Notes: generated by a model not told the origin, from the sequence alone. Shown: positions 1 to 9,386, counted from the first letter of the stretch. The stretch: DNA of 64,000 nucleotides from Promethearchaeota archaeon (GCA_048941285.1 JBHLNS010000003.1:1-64000); one strand, 5' to 3'. Numbers and translations are program-made.

Positions 1-200
1 TTCATTTAACGGAAGTTTACCGTAATCCAAGCTTACACCGGTAAAGATACGATTTGCTAATATATTATAAAGGTACAATATATTTTAAATTTTTTTGTTT
101 ATTAGCAGAAGCTTAACTATTCTTTAATAAATTTTCGTAGTTTAAAAATCTCTATTAAAATTAAAGGATATCATTTTAATAAGAGAATTTAAGATTTAAA

Positions 201-1202
201 ATGCATCTAAAAGATAAAATTGGAATTCATTTAGACCAAATTAAACAACTTAAAGGTGTAGAAAACGCGGTTTTAACTCAACGAGATGGCAATCCAATCC
301 AATCCACAGGAGTTTGGTTTTCTAAAGATGAAATTTTTAATGTAAGTTCAGCAACCAGTGCTATCTTTAATGTAGGAATACATTTACACCCGAAAGATTT
401 AAAATATATCCTGATAGAGGGAAAAAAGGCAAAGATTTTGATTGCTCCTTTGAATAGTCCCTTACACAGCTCATTAAATAAAGTATTAGAATCACAGGGC
501 ATTTTAGACACAAATCATGAATTTTTTATCGCAATTACCGCCCAGCCAAATATAAATTTAGGAGGAATCTTCTTACAAACAAATGAATGCTTAAAAAAAA
601 TTAAAACGACTCTGATTACATCAGGGGAATCCTTTAAACCTCCATTAATTCAGTTTAATAATCAGAAAATACAAAGTATCATAGAAGGATTTAATGTTAA
701 AGATACTGAAGATTTTGATCTAAGATTGTCCTCCTTTTCCTTAAGCTTTTCCGAAACGATATCTCTAGAATTAAGAAAGGTCCTAAAAAATATTTCTGTT
801 ACAATTCCAGATTTAAAATATGCTTTTATAACAATTGAAGGGGGGTTTATCGCTTCTAAAATCCTAAAAAAAGTCGATAATGACACTGAAAAGCTAGATA
901 AGATTTCAGCAATGAGTTATTCTTTATTCCAAACTGCTAATAGATGCGCTTGGTTGTTGAAAAAAATGCAAGCGGAGAGAATTCTTCTAGATTGTCAAAA
1001 TTCATTTCAATTTATAGATGGATTAGGAAAAGCAATTTTTAGTACAGAAATTGGTAAATTAAGGCAAAAACTAGGGTTAATACGGTTAATACTTCCGCAA
1101 TTTTCAAATAAGATTGATTCTCTTATTAAAAAGGCATCAGAAATTCAAGATCATCAAACTTTTGATATTAAGAGAATGTTAGGGGAATTAGTAATAAAAT
1201 AA
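201..1202 (+). CDS. Tandem roadblock/LC7 (MglB-like) domain protein
   Basis: Two roadblock-like halves: GVENAVLTQRDGNPI...VSSATSAIF...ILIEGKKAKILI and DLKYAFITIEGGFIAS...ISAMSYSLF...ILLDCQNSFQFI; first gene of an operon ending in a small GTPase. Confidence 0.8.
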   Translation: MHLKDKIGIHLDQIKQLKGVENAVLTQRDGNPIQSTGVWFSKDEIFNVSSATSAIFNVGIHLHPKDLKYILIEGKKAKILIAPLNSPLHSSLNKVLESQGILDTNHEFFIAITAQPNINLGGIFLQTNECLKKIKTTLITSGESFKPPLIQFNNQKIQSIIEGFNVKDTEDFDLRLSSFSLSFSETISLELRKVLKNISVTIPDLKYAFITIEGGFIASKILKKVDNDTEKLDKISAMSYSLFQTANRCAWLLKKMQAERILLDCQNSFQFIDGLGKAIFSTEIGKLRQKLGLIRLILPQFSNKIDSLIKKASEIQDHQTFDIKRMLGELVIK

Positions 1203-1214
1203 AAAGGTGGGATC

Positions 1215-2111
1215 ATGAATTTTTTTGAATTTTTAGATCGGCTAAAACGTAATAATAATTCAGTAATTTTGTATTGCTTATTAAATAGATTTCCTATAAT
1301 AGTTTTAGGTGAAGATCCAGATAAAATCGATGACTTTTTGATTGAACTTTCTGAATTGGTTCATTTTCGAAAAGAATATGTATTCTATACTGATTTTGTT
1401 TCAAGGGAAGATTATGAAAATCTTATAACAAATGAAAATGTCGATTATAACTATCAACGTGCCCATATTAGATGTCCAAGCAATGTTTCATTCAAAGCTT
1501 TAAGTCAATTTGATAATATATATTCATGGCTCATTGGATTAAAGATTCCCGAAAAAAAGGAAGAACTAAATTATTTAAAAAATTTAATTAAAAGAAATAC
1601 GAATAATTTACTTTATATAACCATTACTAAAAATAGTATTTCAATAGAAATTGAGGGCTTTAATCAAAAAGGGATTGATTTAACACTTGAACAAAACATC
1701 TTTAAAAAAATATCTCAAGATACTGAAAAATCGATTGTAAAAATGAAAAGAGTTTTATCAGATAAAATAACTACAAATCAGCTTGATAAGGATTTGGTTA
1801 AAACGTTATTAGATTTTGAAGTTGAAAAAAATGAATTAAAGAAAAATATTTTTAAAAGAGAAATTCAGAATTTTTATTCCGGTTCAAAAAGAGCCTTTTT
1901 TATTCTATCTAGATTAAATTTGTTGAATAATATCGGAATTCAGACACGTGTTAGCAGTAAAACCCTCTTAGAAACAATTGATTATGAAGAAGCCCCAATA
2001 GAAAGAATTTGTTCATTTATTGAAAAAGAATGGGGAGAAAATTATTCAAATTTAATTGAAGATGGAAAGAAAGCTATTATGGGTGATAAAATAGTTTCGC
2101 TTTGGGGTTAG
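1215..2111 (+). CDS. Hypothetical protein, DENN-core-like
   Basis: N-terminal ILYCLLNRFPIIVLGEDPDKIDDFLIELSELV and later SWLIGL resemble the cDENN pattern (by eye only); SD-like GGTGG before ATG. Confidence 0.5.
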   Translation: MNFFEFLDRLKRNNNSVILYCLLNRFPIIVLGEDPDKIDDFLIELSELVHFRKEYVFYTDFVSREDYENLITNENVDYNYQRAHIRCPSNVSFKALSQFDNIYSWLIGLKIPEKKEELNYLKNLIKRNTNNLLYITITKNSISIEIEGFNQKGIDLTLEQNIFKKISQDTEKSIVKMKRVLSDKITTNQLDKDLVKTLLDFEVEKNELKKNIFKREIQNFYSGSKRAFFILSRLNLLNNIGIQTRVSSKTLLETIDYEEAPIERICSFIEKEWGENYSNLIEDGKKAIMGDKIVSLWG

Positions 2112-2119
2112 AAAATAAT

Positions 2120-2713
2120 ATGATTTTTAATTACGAAAATAAAACTTTACAAGTCAAGATAGTGTATTATGGCCCAGCGATGTCAGGGAAAACTACATCA
2201 ATTAAATCGCTTTTTGCGTATTTTAAGAAAGAACATGCCGTTAAATCTATTGACAGTTCTGTAGGTCGCACATTATTTTTTGACTTCGGGGTCTTACAAT
2301 TTAAAGGGATTGAATGGAGTTTGAAATTATTGATTTATTCAGCAACAGGTCAAGATTTTTATGCAAGTACACGCCCAGCAACATTAAACGGAGTAGATGG
2401 ATTAATTTTTGTTGTTGATTCACAATTTAAATACTTAGAACACAATATTAGATCTTGGAATGAATTAAAAACAATATTCGGATCTGAATTATATAAAATT
2501 CCGATTGTAATATCAATGAATAAGAGTGATTTATTGGGTTTAAATAATTTAGAGGGAAACGGATTTTTATCTTATATCGATTTTAATAGATTTAAACATA
2601 TTTCATTTAAAAAAACAATCGCAATAGAGGGAAAAGGAGTATTAGATACTTTTAATGAATTAATTAAATTTTTATTTCCGCAGTTGAAGATTAGTCATAA
2701 TATTAATAATTAA
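2120..2713 (+). CDS. MglA-like small GTPase
   Basis: G1 KIVYYGPAMSGKTT, G2 RTLFFD, G3 ATGQ (no Asp, MglA type), GVDGLIFVVDSQ, G4 NKSD; ATG at 2120 preferred over TTG at 2102. Confidence 0.88.
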   Translation: MIFNYENKTLQVKIVYYGPAMSGKTTSIKSLFAYFKKEHAVKSIDSSVGRTLFFDFGVLQFKGIEWSLKLLIYSATGQDFYASTRPATLNGVDGLIFVVDSQFKYLEHNIRSWNELKTIFGSELYKIPIVISMNKSDLLGLNNLEGNGFLSYIDFNRFKHISFKKTIAIEGKGVLDTFNELIKFLFPQLKISHNINN

Positions 2714-2721
2714 ATCATAGA

Positions 2722-2937
2722 CTAATTTTCATTTTCAACCTTTTCATACATATTTTTTGAAATTCTTTTTATGAAACCATACGAATAAAATTGTTTAAGT
2801 AAATTTCTTACTTTACGCACTTCTGAGGCATCAATACCTAGAACACTCATTAATTGAAAAATTGAAAATTGTTGTGGTAATTTATCCTTTATATTATTAT
2901 ATAAGCCCGTTTTTAATTCACATATATTTGTTATAAT
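2722..2937 (-). CDS. Small winged-helix-like protein (not in ORF track; start uncertain)
   Basis: Open frame NICELKTGLYNNIKDKLPQQFSIFQLMSVLGIDASEVRKVRNLLKQFYSYGFIKRISKNMYEKVENEN*; only ATT/ATA before the first in-frame ATG (2850). Confidence 0.55.
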   Translation of the reverse strand: MITNICELKTGLYNNIKDKLPQQFSIFQLMSVLGIDASEVRKVRNLLKQFYSYGFIKRISKNMYEKVENEN

Positions 2938-3210
2938 TTAAACAAACTAAATGAAAAAAGCTTTTTATAATTTATTTAAATTACTATAAATTTATTAGGT
3001 GGAGTTTAGGTTTTTATAATCCTCAAAGTAACTATAATATATCATCCCTACTTATAGTAGATCATCCTTGTTTAGTTTTTTTCATCGAATATTTACAACC
3101 CTCATTAACTCCATATATTCTCCATAGAAATTATTAATTCTGTTGTTTAAATAAGAAAATGCAATTTAGTACTAAATTTTAACAGATAATGTATACTTAC
3201 TTTATAGTAT

Positions 3211-3897
3211 TTATAACTCACGAAATTCTTTAAAATTATCTCCAATAGGAGCTTCTCCATCACCATATATCTGGTATAAACCTGTTCTTCTCGCACATTC
3301 GGAGAAGCTACGATAAACATTTTTTCGTTGCTCATATAATGCACAGCTTTTATAAACTATAGGATTCCAGAGATATAATTCATGATCAGGCTCATACCAG
3401 AGCTTTTCATCTTTTAATACCTGTTTGAAATCTTCTTCTCCTATGACCTCTGAGAGATCTTGTTTATTTAGCATTATAATTAAAGGAATTTCCTTAATTA
3501 ATTTCCCTCTAGTAACGTTTTTCAATTCTTTTAAAGACTCTATATTATCTTCAAAAAAATGTGTTTGAGAATCTACAGTAAATATAACCCCATCAGTTCC
3601 TTTGAATATTTTTTTTCTTAAAGGCGAAAATCTTCTTTGCCCCGCAACAGTATAGACATGATAAAACACTTTTCCACGACTTTTTTGTTTTGTAGATTGG
3701 AAGATTCCTCTATCAAAATATAAAGTTGAACCGGATGCCATGGATATTTTTGTTAAATTCCCAGTCGGTTCAATATCTTTTACATTTTCTTTGGTAAATC
3801 TATAAAGGGTGTCTACAATTGTTGTTTTTCCTGAACCAGCCATCCCCCAATATAAGATTTTTATATAAACCTTATGATCTGCTGTAAACCGCACCAT
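3211..3897 (-). CDS. MglA-like small GTPase (second paralog)
   Basis: KILYWGMAGSGKTT, STLYFD, YTVAGQ, GTDGVIFTVDSQ, NKQD, SCA. Confidence 0.88.
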   Translation of the reverse strand: MVRFTADHKVYIKILYWGMAGSGKTTIVDTLYRFTKENVKDIEPTGNLTKISMASGSTLYFDRGIFQSTKQKSRGKVFYHVYTVAGQRRFSPLRKKIFKGTDGVIFTVDSQTHFFEDNIESLKELKNVTRGKLIKEIPLIIMLNKQDLSEVIGEEDFKQVLKDEKLWYEPDHELYLWNPIVYKSCALYEQRKNVYRSFSECARRTGLYQIYGDGEAPIGDNFKEFREL

Positions 3898-4124
3898 TAA
3901 GAATCTTACCTTAATTATTAAATTTTACAGTAAAAAAAATGTTCCTTTGGATATATTTCGTGAAGAATTTAAATAACGAAATATTCTATTAATTTTTATT
4001 TTAATATATTAATAGATATTATTATAATTTAGTATTTATAATTCCTTTGTGATATTTTAACTTTTTGCCTAAACTAATTATAACAAAAATAAGACTTTGT
4101 CATTTATGAAAAACATAAAATAAT

Positions 4125-4364
4125 TCATTCAAACTCAATATAAATTTTTCCAAGTCTAATTTTATAATTACACCATAAAATTAATTTACTGTACCTATCT
4201 CCAATATGTCCTTCTCGAATAATGAAATTTATAACATCTGAGTACATAATTCTTCTTCTCCCTTTTATTTTCTTCTTAAGTATTTCAATAATATGTTCTA
4301 ATATTTTAGAATTATTGATTGAAAGATTTTTAATTTGATTTAAATTATTAGATGTCTGGCTCAT
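4125..4364 (-). CDS. Hypothetical protein, possibly small DNA-binding
   Basis: 79-aa basic ORF filling an intergenic gap; no recognisable motif. Confidence 0.5.
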   Translation of the reverse strand: MSQTSNNLNQIKNLSINNSKILEHIIEILKKKIKGRRRIMYSDVINFIIREGHIGDRYSKLILWCNYKIRLGKIYIEFE

Positions 4365-4598
4365 TACAATTCAGGTCTATTGGGTAATTTTTTTTCATGT
4401 TAAATCAACATGTTAAAATTAATATAGATCTCAATTAATACTTATAAATTACAAGATTTTTACTTTCAATCTTCTCTCTCATTCTCTAAATAATTTCGTT
4501 TTATTTAATAGGAAAGTAGTGCTTACTGAAGGGTTTGTTATTCTCCAAAATCAATATAACACAGTTTTAGAATCTTAAACTTAATACAACACTTAAAC

Positions 4599-5621
4599 GT
4601 GATGAAAATTAGCTCGATTAAAAGTTATAAAGAAGAAAATGATAAATGTCCTGAATGTGAAGGAAAAGTAATTGTAAATAGCTATGAAAAAATCTGTAAA
4701 GAATGTGGCTTAGTTATCAATAACTTTTTTAAAGAATCTGCTTTCATTTTTAATGATTTAAAAATTAAACATGGTTTAAATAAACAATATGTTGCCTTAG
4801 GTGAACGAACTGACTTCATCGGGGGCTTGGGTTCATTTATTGATTTTGAAAAGTCCAAATATTTAAAAGATAAAAATGGAAAACTTCTTCCTCCGAATGA
4901 TCAAAAATTATTTAGGAGATTAAAAAAACATTACGCTCAATTTTTACGTATTAAAAACCATGAAACAGAATACAGAGTGTTTAACATTTTAAACAAAATT
5001 ACATTATTTCTTAATCTTAATAAAAACATCCGAAATAATGCTGCTTACTATTACAAAAAAATAATCAAAACTGAAGAAAAAGTAATCAATAATATATCTT
5101 TGATTGCGTTTTGCATTTTTTTTGCAGCAAGAAAAGAGTTCCATAATGCTCCTATAACTATTAATGAAATTTCAAACGCGTTTCAAAATTTTGGGCATCG
5201 GGTAAACCCGCGATTAATTTTAAGGGATGGAATAAGGTATAAACGTCATTTAAATCATGATACAACACCTCATAAAAGCGAAGATTATCTCATCAGATTG
5301 ATAGATGAAGTAATAAAACATAAATCACTAAAAGACAGATTAATAAGAAAAGAAGTAATATGGTCTGAAAGTGAATTTCAAAATCAGTTGATTATGAAAT
5401 GCCGTGAAATTTTAAAAGAATTACCCATATGGCAAAGAGGTGGCCGAAATCCTTTTATTTTAACTGGTGCGATAATATATTTAGCAGATAAATTATTAGC
5501 TAAAGATTATGCCCAAAAAACGATTCTCACGCAAAAAATTATCTCAGAAGCTACTAAAATTGCAGAATATTCAATAAGAGACCACTATGTAAATCTTTTA
5601 AAGCCAATGTTTATTGGGTAA
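4599..5621 (+). CDS. tfb: Divergent transcription initiation factor IIB (TFB) paralog
   Basis: Zn ribbon CPEC...CKECGLVI; cyclin-repeat motifs ITINEIS, GRNPFILTGAIIY, TQKIISEATKIAEYSIRDHY. Confidence 0.85.
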   Translation: MMKISSIKSYKEENDKCPECEGKVIVNSYEKICKECGLVINNFFKESAFIFNDLKIKHGLNKQYVALGERTDFIGGLGSFIDFEKSKYLKDKNGKLLPPNDQKLFRRLKKHYAQFLRIKNHETEYRVFNILNKITLFLNLNKNIRNNAAYYYKKIIKTEEKVINNISLIAFCIFFAARKEFHNAPITINEISNAFQNFGHRVNPRLILRDGIRYKRHLNHDTTPHKSEDYLIRLIDEVIKHKSLKDRLIRKEVIWSESEFQNQLIMKCREILKELPIWQRGGRNPFILTGAIIYLADKLLAKDYAQKTILTQKIISEATKIAEYSIRDHYVNLLKPMFIG

Positions 5622-5787
5622 CTCACATTCTAATAATTTTATTAATTTTCAAATAGTTTTAATCTACTTCTCAATTAATTACGATGAGTGATTGACCGAA
5701 ATAAAAGATGAAGTTAGAGTGTATCAAATTTTTTAAATTATATAAATTTAATATAATTAGCGTTATAGAATAAAATACACATTTTTT

Positions 5788-5899
5788 GCTTCTGTAGTGT
5801 AGCACGGTCAATCTACTATAGTTTCCTTTGGACTATGGTTTGGATTACGCATACGAGGCTCTCACCCTCGGGACCCGGGTTCGAATCCCGGCAGAAGCA
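5788..5899 (+). tRNA. tRNA-Glu(CTC) with 37-nt intron (5812-5848) at position 21/22
   Basis: Acceptor GCTTCTG/CAGAAGC, D stem GTGT/GCAT, anticodon arm CGAGG-CTCTCAC-CCTCG, T arm CCGGG-TTCGAAT-CCCGG; insertion between D loop and 3' D strand forms a BHB-like motif. Confidence 0.92.
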
Positions 5900-5983
5900 T
5901 CAATTTACTACAATTATTGTTATGAGAAATTTTGAAGTTTAGTTATGTCAATTAATAAATAGATCTAAAAGATATTTATATGA

Positions 5984-6391
5984 TTATTTTTCTCTATAGA
6001 TGGAAATTTTATTAAGTATGTCAAGACAATTTAATAAAATATTTGTATAACTTTTAATTACAGATAATTCAGTTTCACTACTCAATTTTATAGTAATTTT
6101 CTCTATTTTCTCAAATACAACGGATTCTAATGAGTTTAAAGACTCAATTTTTCTATTATTGAGATGATTTTCTTGTTTTTTTTGATAAATATCTGCTTTT
6201 TCGACTACATTTGCTTCATTTGAATTATCTTTGACCATTAAAACAGTTCTATTGCAGGTTGGGCAAAACTTATTACCATCCTTATTACGGAAAATTGGGT
6301 TGTTACAAACAGGACAAGCGATATTTAGCATAGTATTTCCAGATCTAAGAAGTTCTGCCATTTTTTTGATATTTTCGTTTATTCTGATCAC
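5984..6391 (-). CDS. SSSCA1/ZNRD2 (UPF0148) Zn-ribbon protein
   Basis: KKMAELLRSGNTMLNIACPVCNNPIF...FCPTC signature. Confidence 0.85.
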   Translation of the reverse strand: MIRINENIKKMAELLRSGNTMLNIACPVCNNPIFRNKDGNKFCPTCNRTVLMVKDNSNEANVVEKADIYQKKQENHLNNRKIESLNSLESVVFEKIEKITIKLSSETELSVIKSYTNILLNCLDILNKISIYREK

Positions 6392-6449
6392 TACCTTTAT
6401 TATTATTGCAATTTAAATTAAAGAATGAGATTATCAAATTTACTTAATT

Positions 6450-6644
6450 TTATTCATTTTCTCGAATTTTTAATAAATTTACAATATACCCTGAGATTCG
6501 ATTTCTTAAGTGTTTTGAATCTACTTCGAGATATTTATCTAACAGTCTCTTGTTATTTTCAAAATCAGTTGTAAACACATTTGGGTATTTGTTTATTAAT
6601 TCTTTCGAGACATTTTTAATTAAAACAGTTCTTACTTTACCCAT
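6450..6644 (-). CDS. rps17e: 30S ribosomal protein S17e
   Basis: MGKVRT...FTTDFENNK...SKHLRNRISGY; true start is ATG at 6644, the ORF track over-extends it. Confidence 0.95.
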   Translation of the reverse strand: MGKVRTVLIKNVSKELINKYPNVFTTDFENNKRLLDKYLEVDSKHLRNRISGYIVNLLKIRENE

Positions 6645-6751
6645 CTGAATTGCATCTATTAATCTTTTCTTATTTTGAAAATAAATATTTGATAAAATAA
6701 AATTTTTTGGAATTATTTGAGTTTTTATAGTTTTAGCTAGAACATTATGGT

Positions 6752-7975
6752 GTGAAGAAAAGATATTTAGTGATACTCCCAATCTTAATATTAGTAGAAA
6801 TTTTAAGTGTTATTAATTTAGTAAATGCTTTTGATTGTAATCTAATATGTCTAAACACAAATAAAACCAAATATTATAGAGATGAATTTGTTAAAATAAA
6901 TGCCTCTTGGATTATGAATTACGATGATAAAACAGAAATTGCTTATACCCAAATTCATATAACGGATTTTTTTGATAATTTTGTTTGGAATTCATCAAAA
7001 TACTACCAAATTGGATTACATCAAGGGAATTGGACTGTAAATTTCGAAGATTTGAATTTAAGTATAGAAAATTCATCCCATATTCTTTTTATAAAATTTT
7101 TTGTATCTTTTTTTCATATTGATACTTCAAGTACAATGTGTTATTATCTTGAAACAATAGAAATTAGAGTTATGAAAAGAAATATATCATGTGAATTAAT
7201 TGGATATAAGGATCAGATAAAAGTAGGCGAAGATTTATCTTTAATAGCTAAATTTTATAGTAAATTTTCTGAACATAATCAATTATTAATTAATCAGACA
7301 ATAGACTTTATGGTTTCTTTTAATGATTTAATTATATATCAAAAAAATTATATGACAAATTCATCGGGTGTTATTCAGATTTACCTGATTTCACTCAAGC
7401 ATTTAAAGCTTGGGAAGAATATTTTAACTTTTTCAATCACAAATAACAATTTATATAATGATTCAAAATTTGTATATGAAATTTACGTCGATAAATACGA
7501 CTTAGTCATTGAAGTTGTTGATTTTAATAATAGAATAGAAATTGATGAAGATTTGGACATAAAATTATCTCTCCATTATAATATTAATCAATCAGATATA
7601 ATTTTAGTAAATTATAAAATATTGATAAAGATTTTTGATAATAAATCATTAACATTCATCAATGAATATTGGACTGATAAATCTGGAGTTTTAGAAATCT
7701 CAATTTCTCAAAATTCCTTTAATTATAATCAAGAGATAAAAGATTTCATCATTAAAATTTTTTTAAATGAATCAAATTATTTTAATAATGAAACTTTAAT
7801 ATTGAATCTTGATGTACATCAAAATATTTATTCAAAAATATTAAATTCATTTCAAATGAAAATTTTTTCTTTTACGTCAATTCTTATTGCCATTCTAATA
7901 TTTCTCTCATATATAATCATTAACAAAAAAAGTAAAAATGAAAAAGCGCTTACCGAATTGATCATTAGATATTAG
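6752..7975 (+). CDS. Secreted/membrane-anchored protein with Ig-like repeats
   Basis: N-terminal signal peptide, repeated TNSSGV/TDKSGV beta-rich units, C-terminal TM helix plus basic tail. Confidence 0.7.
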   Translation: MKKRYLVILPILILVEILSVINLVNAFDCNLICLNTNKTKYYRDEFVKINASWIMNYDDKTEIAYTQIHITDFFDNFVWNSSKYYQIGLHQGNWTVNFEDLNLSIENSSHILFIKFFVSFFHIDTSSTMCYYLETIEIRVMKRNISCELIGYKDQIKVGEDLSLIAKFYSKFSEHNQLLINQTIDFMVSFNDLIIYQKNYMTNSSGVIQIYLISLKHLKLGKNILTFSITNNNLYNDSKFVYEIYVDKYDLVIEVVDFNNRIEIDEDLDIKLSLHYNINQSDIILVNYKILIKIFDNKSLTFINEYWTDKSGVLEISISQNSFNYNQEIKDFIIKIFLNESNYFNNETLILNLDVHQNIYSKILNSFQMKIFSFTSILIAILIFLSYIIINKKSKNEKALTELIIRY

Positions 7976-8171
7976 ATTAGATAGAAAGGTCATTAAAATT
8001 ATAAGTTCTCTATTGTTGTTGTAAAAACAAATTATTCTTGTATCAAAAGATTTTTTTTAAAAGAAATTGTATTTTTCTTTATTATAAATTCAGAATTTAA
8101 TGTTAAAAAATTAATACTCTGTCTTTTCTTATAAACGAATGGTTTCTTAAATCTCCATAAAATCCCATTAT

Positions 8172-9386
8172 ATGAATTATATACATATGGAGTACTTTGA
8201 AGAATTATTAAAAAGAGAATCATTGTTCAAGGACGAAGGTAAACTTGATATAAATTATATTCCAAATAAATTACCTCATAGGGATAAGGAGCTTTCATTG
8301 TTGTCCCAACTTTTTCTAGGATTAATTACTAATCCAAATTCAATATCGAGAAAAATATTAATAACCGGAAAAACTGGTATAGGAAAAACTGTTACTGTAA
8401 AATTGTTTGGGAGAATATTAGAAAATGTTTCAAAAAGACGAGATATAAATATAAGATATGCTCATGTCAATTGTAGAAAAGAAAGAACTAGTTATAAGGT
8501 CTTAATCCGGTTAATCCAATTGTTAAATTCTCAATTTCCAAAAAGAGGTTATTCTTTACAAGATTTATTAGATGTCTTAATTGAAATTCTTAATCATTAT
8601 AATATACATATATTAGTTGTTCTGGATGAATTAAGCTACTTAATAAACAAAAATGAAGATTTGATTTATTTGTTAACAAGAATCAATGATGACAACTCTA
8701 ATGGTGACCAAAGATTATCAATAATCGGAATTGTAAGAGATCTCTCATGTTTGAATAATTTAGATAACAGTACAATGAGCACACTACAAAGAAATATATT
8801 AAAATTTGAAAATTATTCTGAAGATCAGATTTTTAATATTTTAAAATACCGAGTAGAAGATAGCCTTAAAAAAAATGTATTATCTGATAAGTTGATAAAA
8901 ATGATAGCTGAAATAACTTCTCGTTCGGGGGATGTAAGACACGGATTGAATATTATATGGAGGTCTTGTAAAATTGCTGAAAGTAAGAATCTAAAATATA
9001 TCAATGCTGAATGTGTTAGATTGGGAAACCAAGATCTACTCCCTTATTCTACATTAGATGTTTTAGAATACATGAGTTCTCAAAAATTATCATTCTTACT
9101 TGCTATTACCAAAGCTTTATATAACCATGATAATATTAAAATCACTTTTAATGAAGCCTTAAAAAGATATTACATGATATGTGAAAATATTGGACTAAAA
9201 CCAAGATCTAATTCTCAGCTTTGGAACTATCTACAAGAATTTAAAAAAGATAATCTTTTAGAAACCAGAATTCTTAGCGAAAAAATTAAAGGTAGGCAGA
9301 CTATCATCGCAATTCCTGATTTAAGTTTGCCTAATTTAGAAAGAAACACAATAGAAATGCTTAACTCCAAAGGCTTTAAAATATGA
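8172..9386 (+). CDS. cdc6: Cdc6/Orc1 replication initiator
   Basis: YIPNKLPHRDKE, Walker A GKTGIGKT, VNC, Walker B LDE, GDVR, C-terminal winged helix. Confidence 0.93.
   Translation: MNYIHMEYFEELLKRESLFKDEGKLDINYIPNKLPHRDKELSLLSQLFLGLITNPNSISRKILITGKTGIGKTVTVKLFGRILENVSKRRDINIRYAHVNCRKERTSYKVLIRLIQLLNSQFPKRGYSLQDLLDVLIEILNHYNIHILVVLDELSYLINKNEDLIYLLTRINDDNSNGDQRLSIIGIVRDLSCLNNLDNSTMSTLQRNILKFENYSEDQIFNILKYRVEDSLKKNVLSDKLIKMIAEITSRSGDVRHGLNIIWRSCKIAESKNLKYINAECVRLGNQDLLPYSTLDVLEYMSSQKLSFLLAITKALYNHDNIKITFNEALKRYYMICENIGLKPRSNSQLWNYLQEFKKDNLLETRILSEKIKGRQTIIAIPDLSLPNLERNTIEMLNSKGFKI

Noticed and set aside
1-80. Slightly GC-richer stretch with a small hairpin; possible start of a minus-strand gene or RNA
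   Set aside because: Truncated by the window edge; cannot tell CDS start from ncRNA
278-886. Short antisense ORFs here and throughout the track (e.g. 14235, 17609, 22187, 28720, 44836, 51938, 57410, 60053, 62428)
   Set aside because: Shadows of well-supported genes on the opposite strand, with no motifs
3053-3062. 10-nt complement of the tRNA-Glu exon/intron junction (ATCTACTATA)
   Set aside because: A match this short is expected by chance in AT-rich sequence
3147-3344. Alternative-frame ORF overlapping the GTPase 2 3' end
   Set aside because: Overlaps a strong gene on the same strand; no motif
5680-5730. C/D-like boxes (ACGATGA, CCGA, AAGATGA) between the divergent TFB and tRNA-Glu
   Set aside because: No terminal box D or stem, and the guide spacing is too short
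6645-6782. N-terminal extension of S17e in the ORF track
   Set aside because: Family starts at MGKVRT; extension overlaps the divergent promoter and next gene
7976-8171. Replication origin upstream of cdc6
   Set aside because: AT-rich but no convincing ORB repeats or G-strings visible
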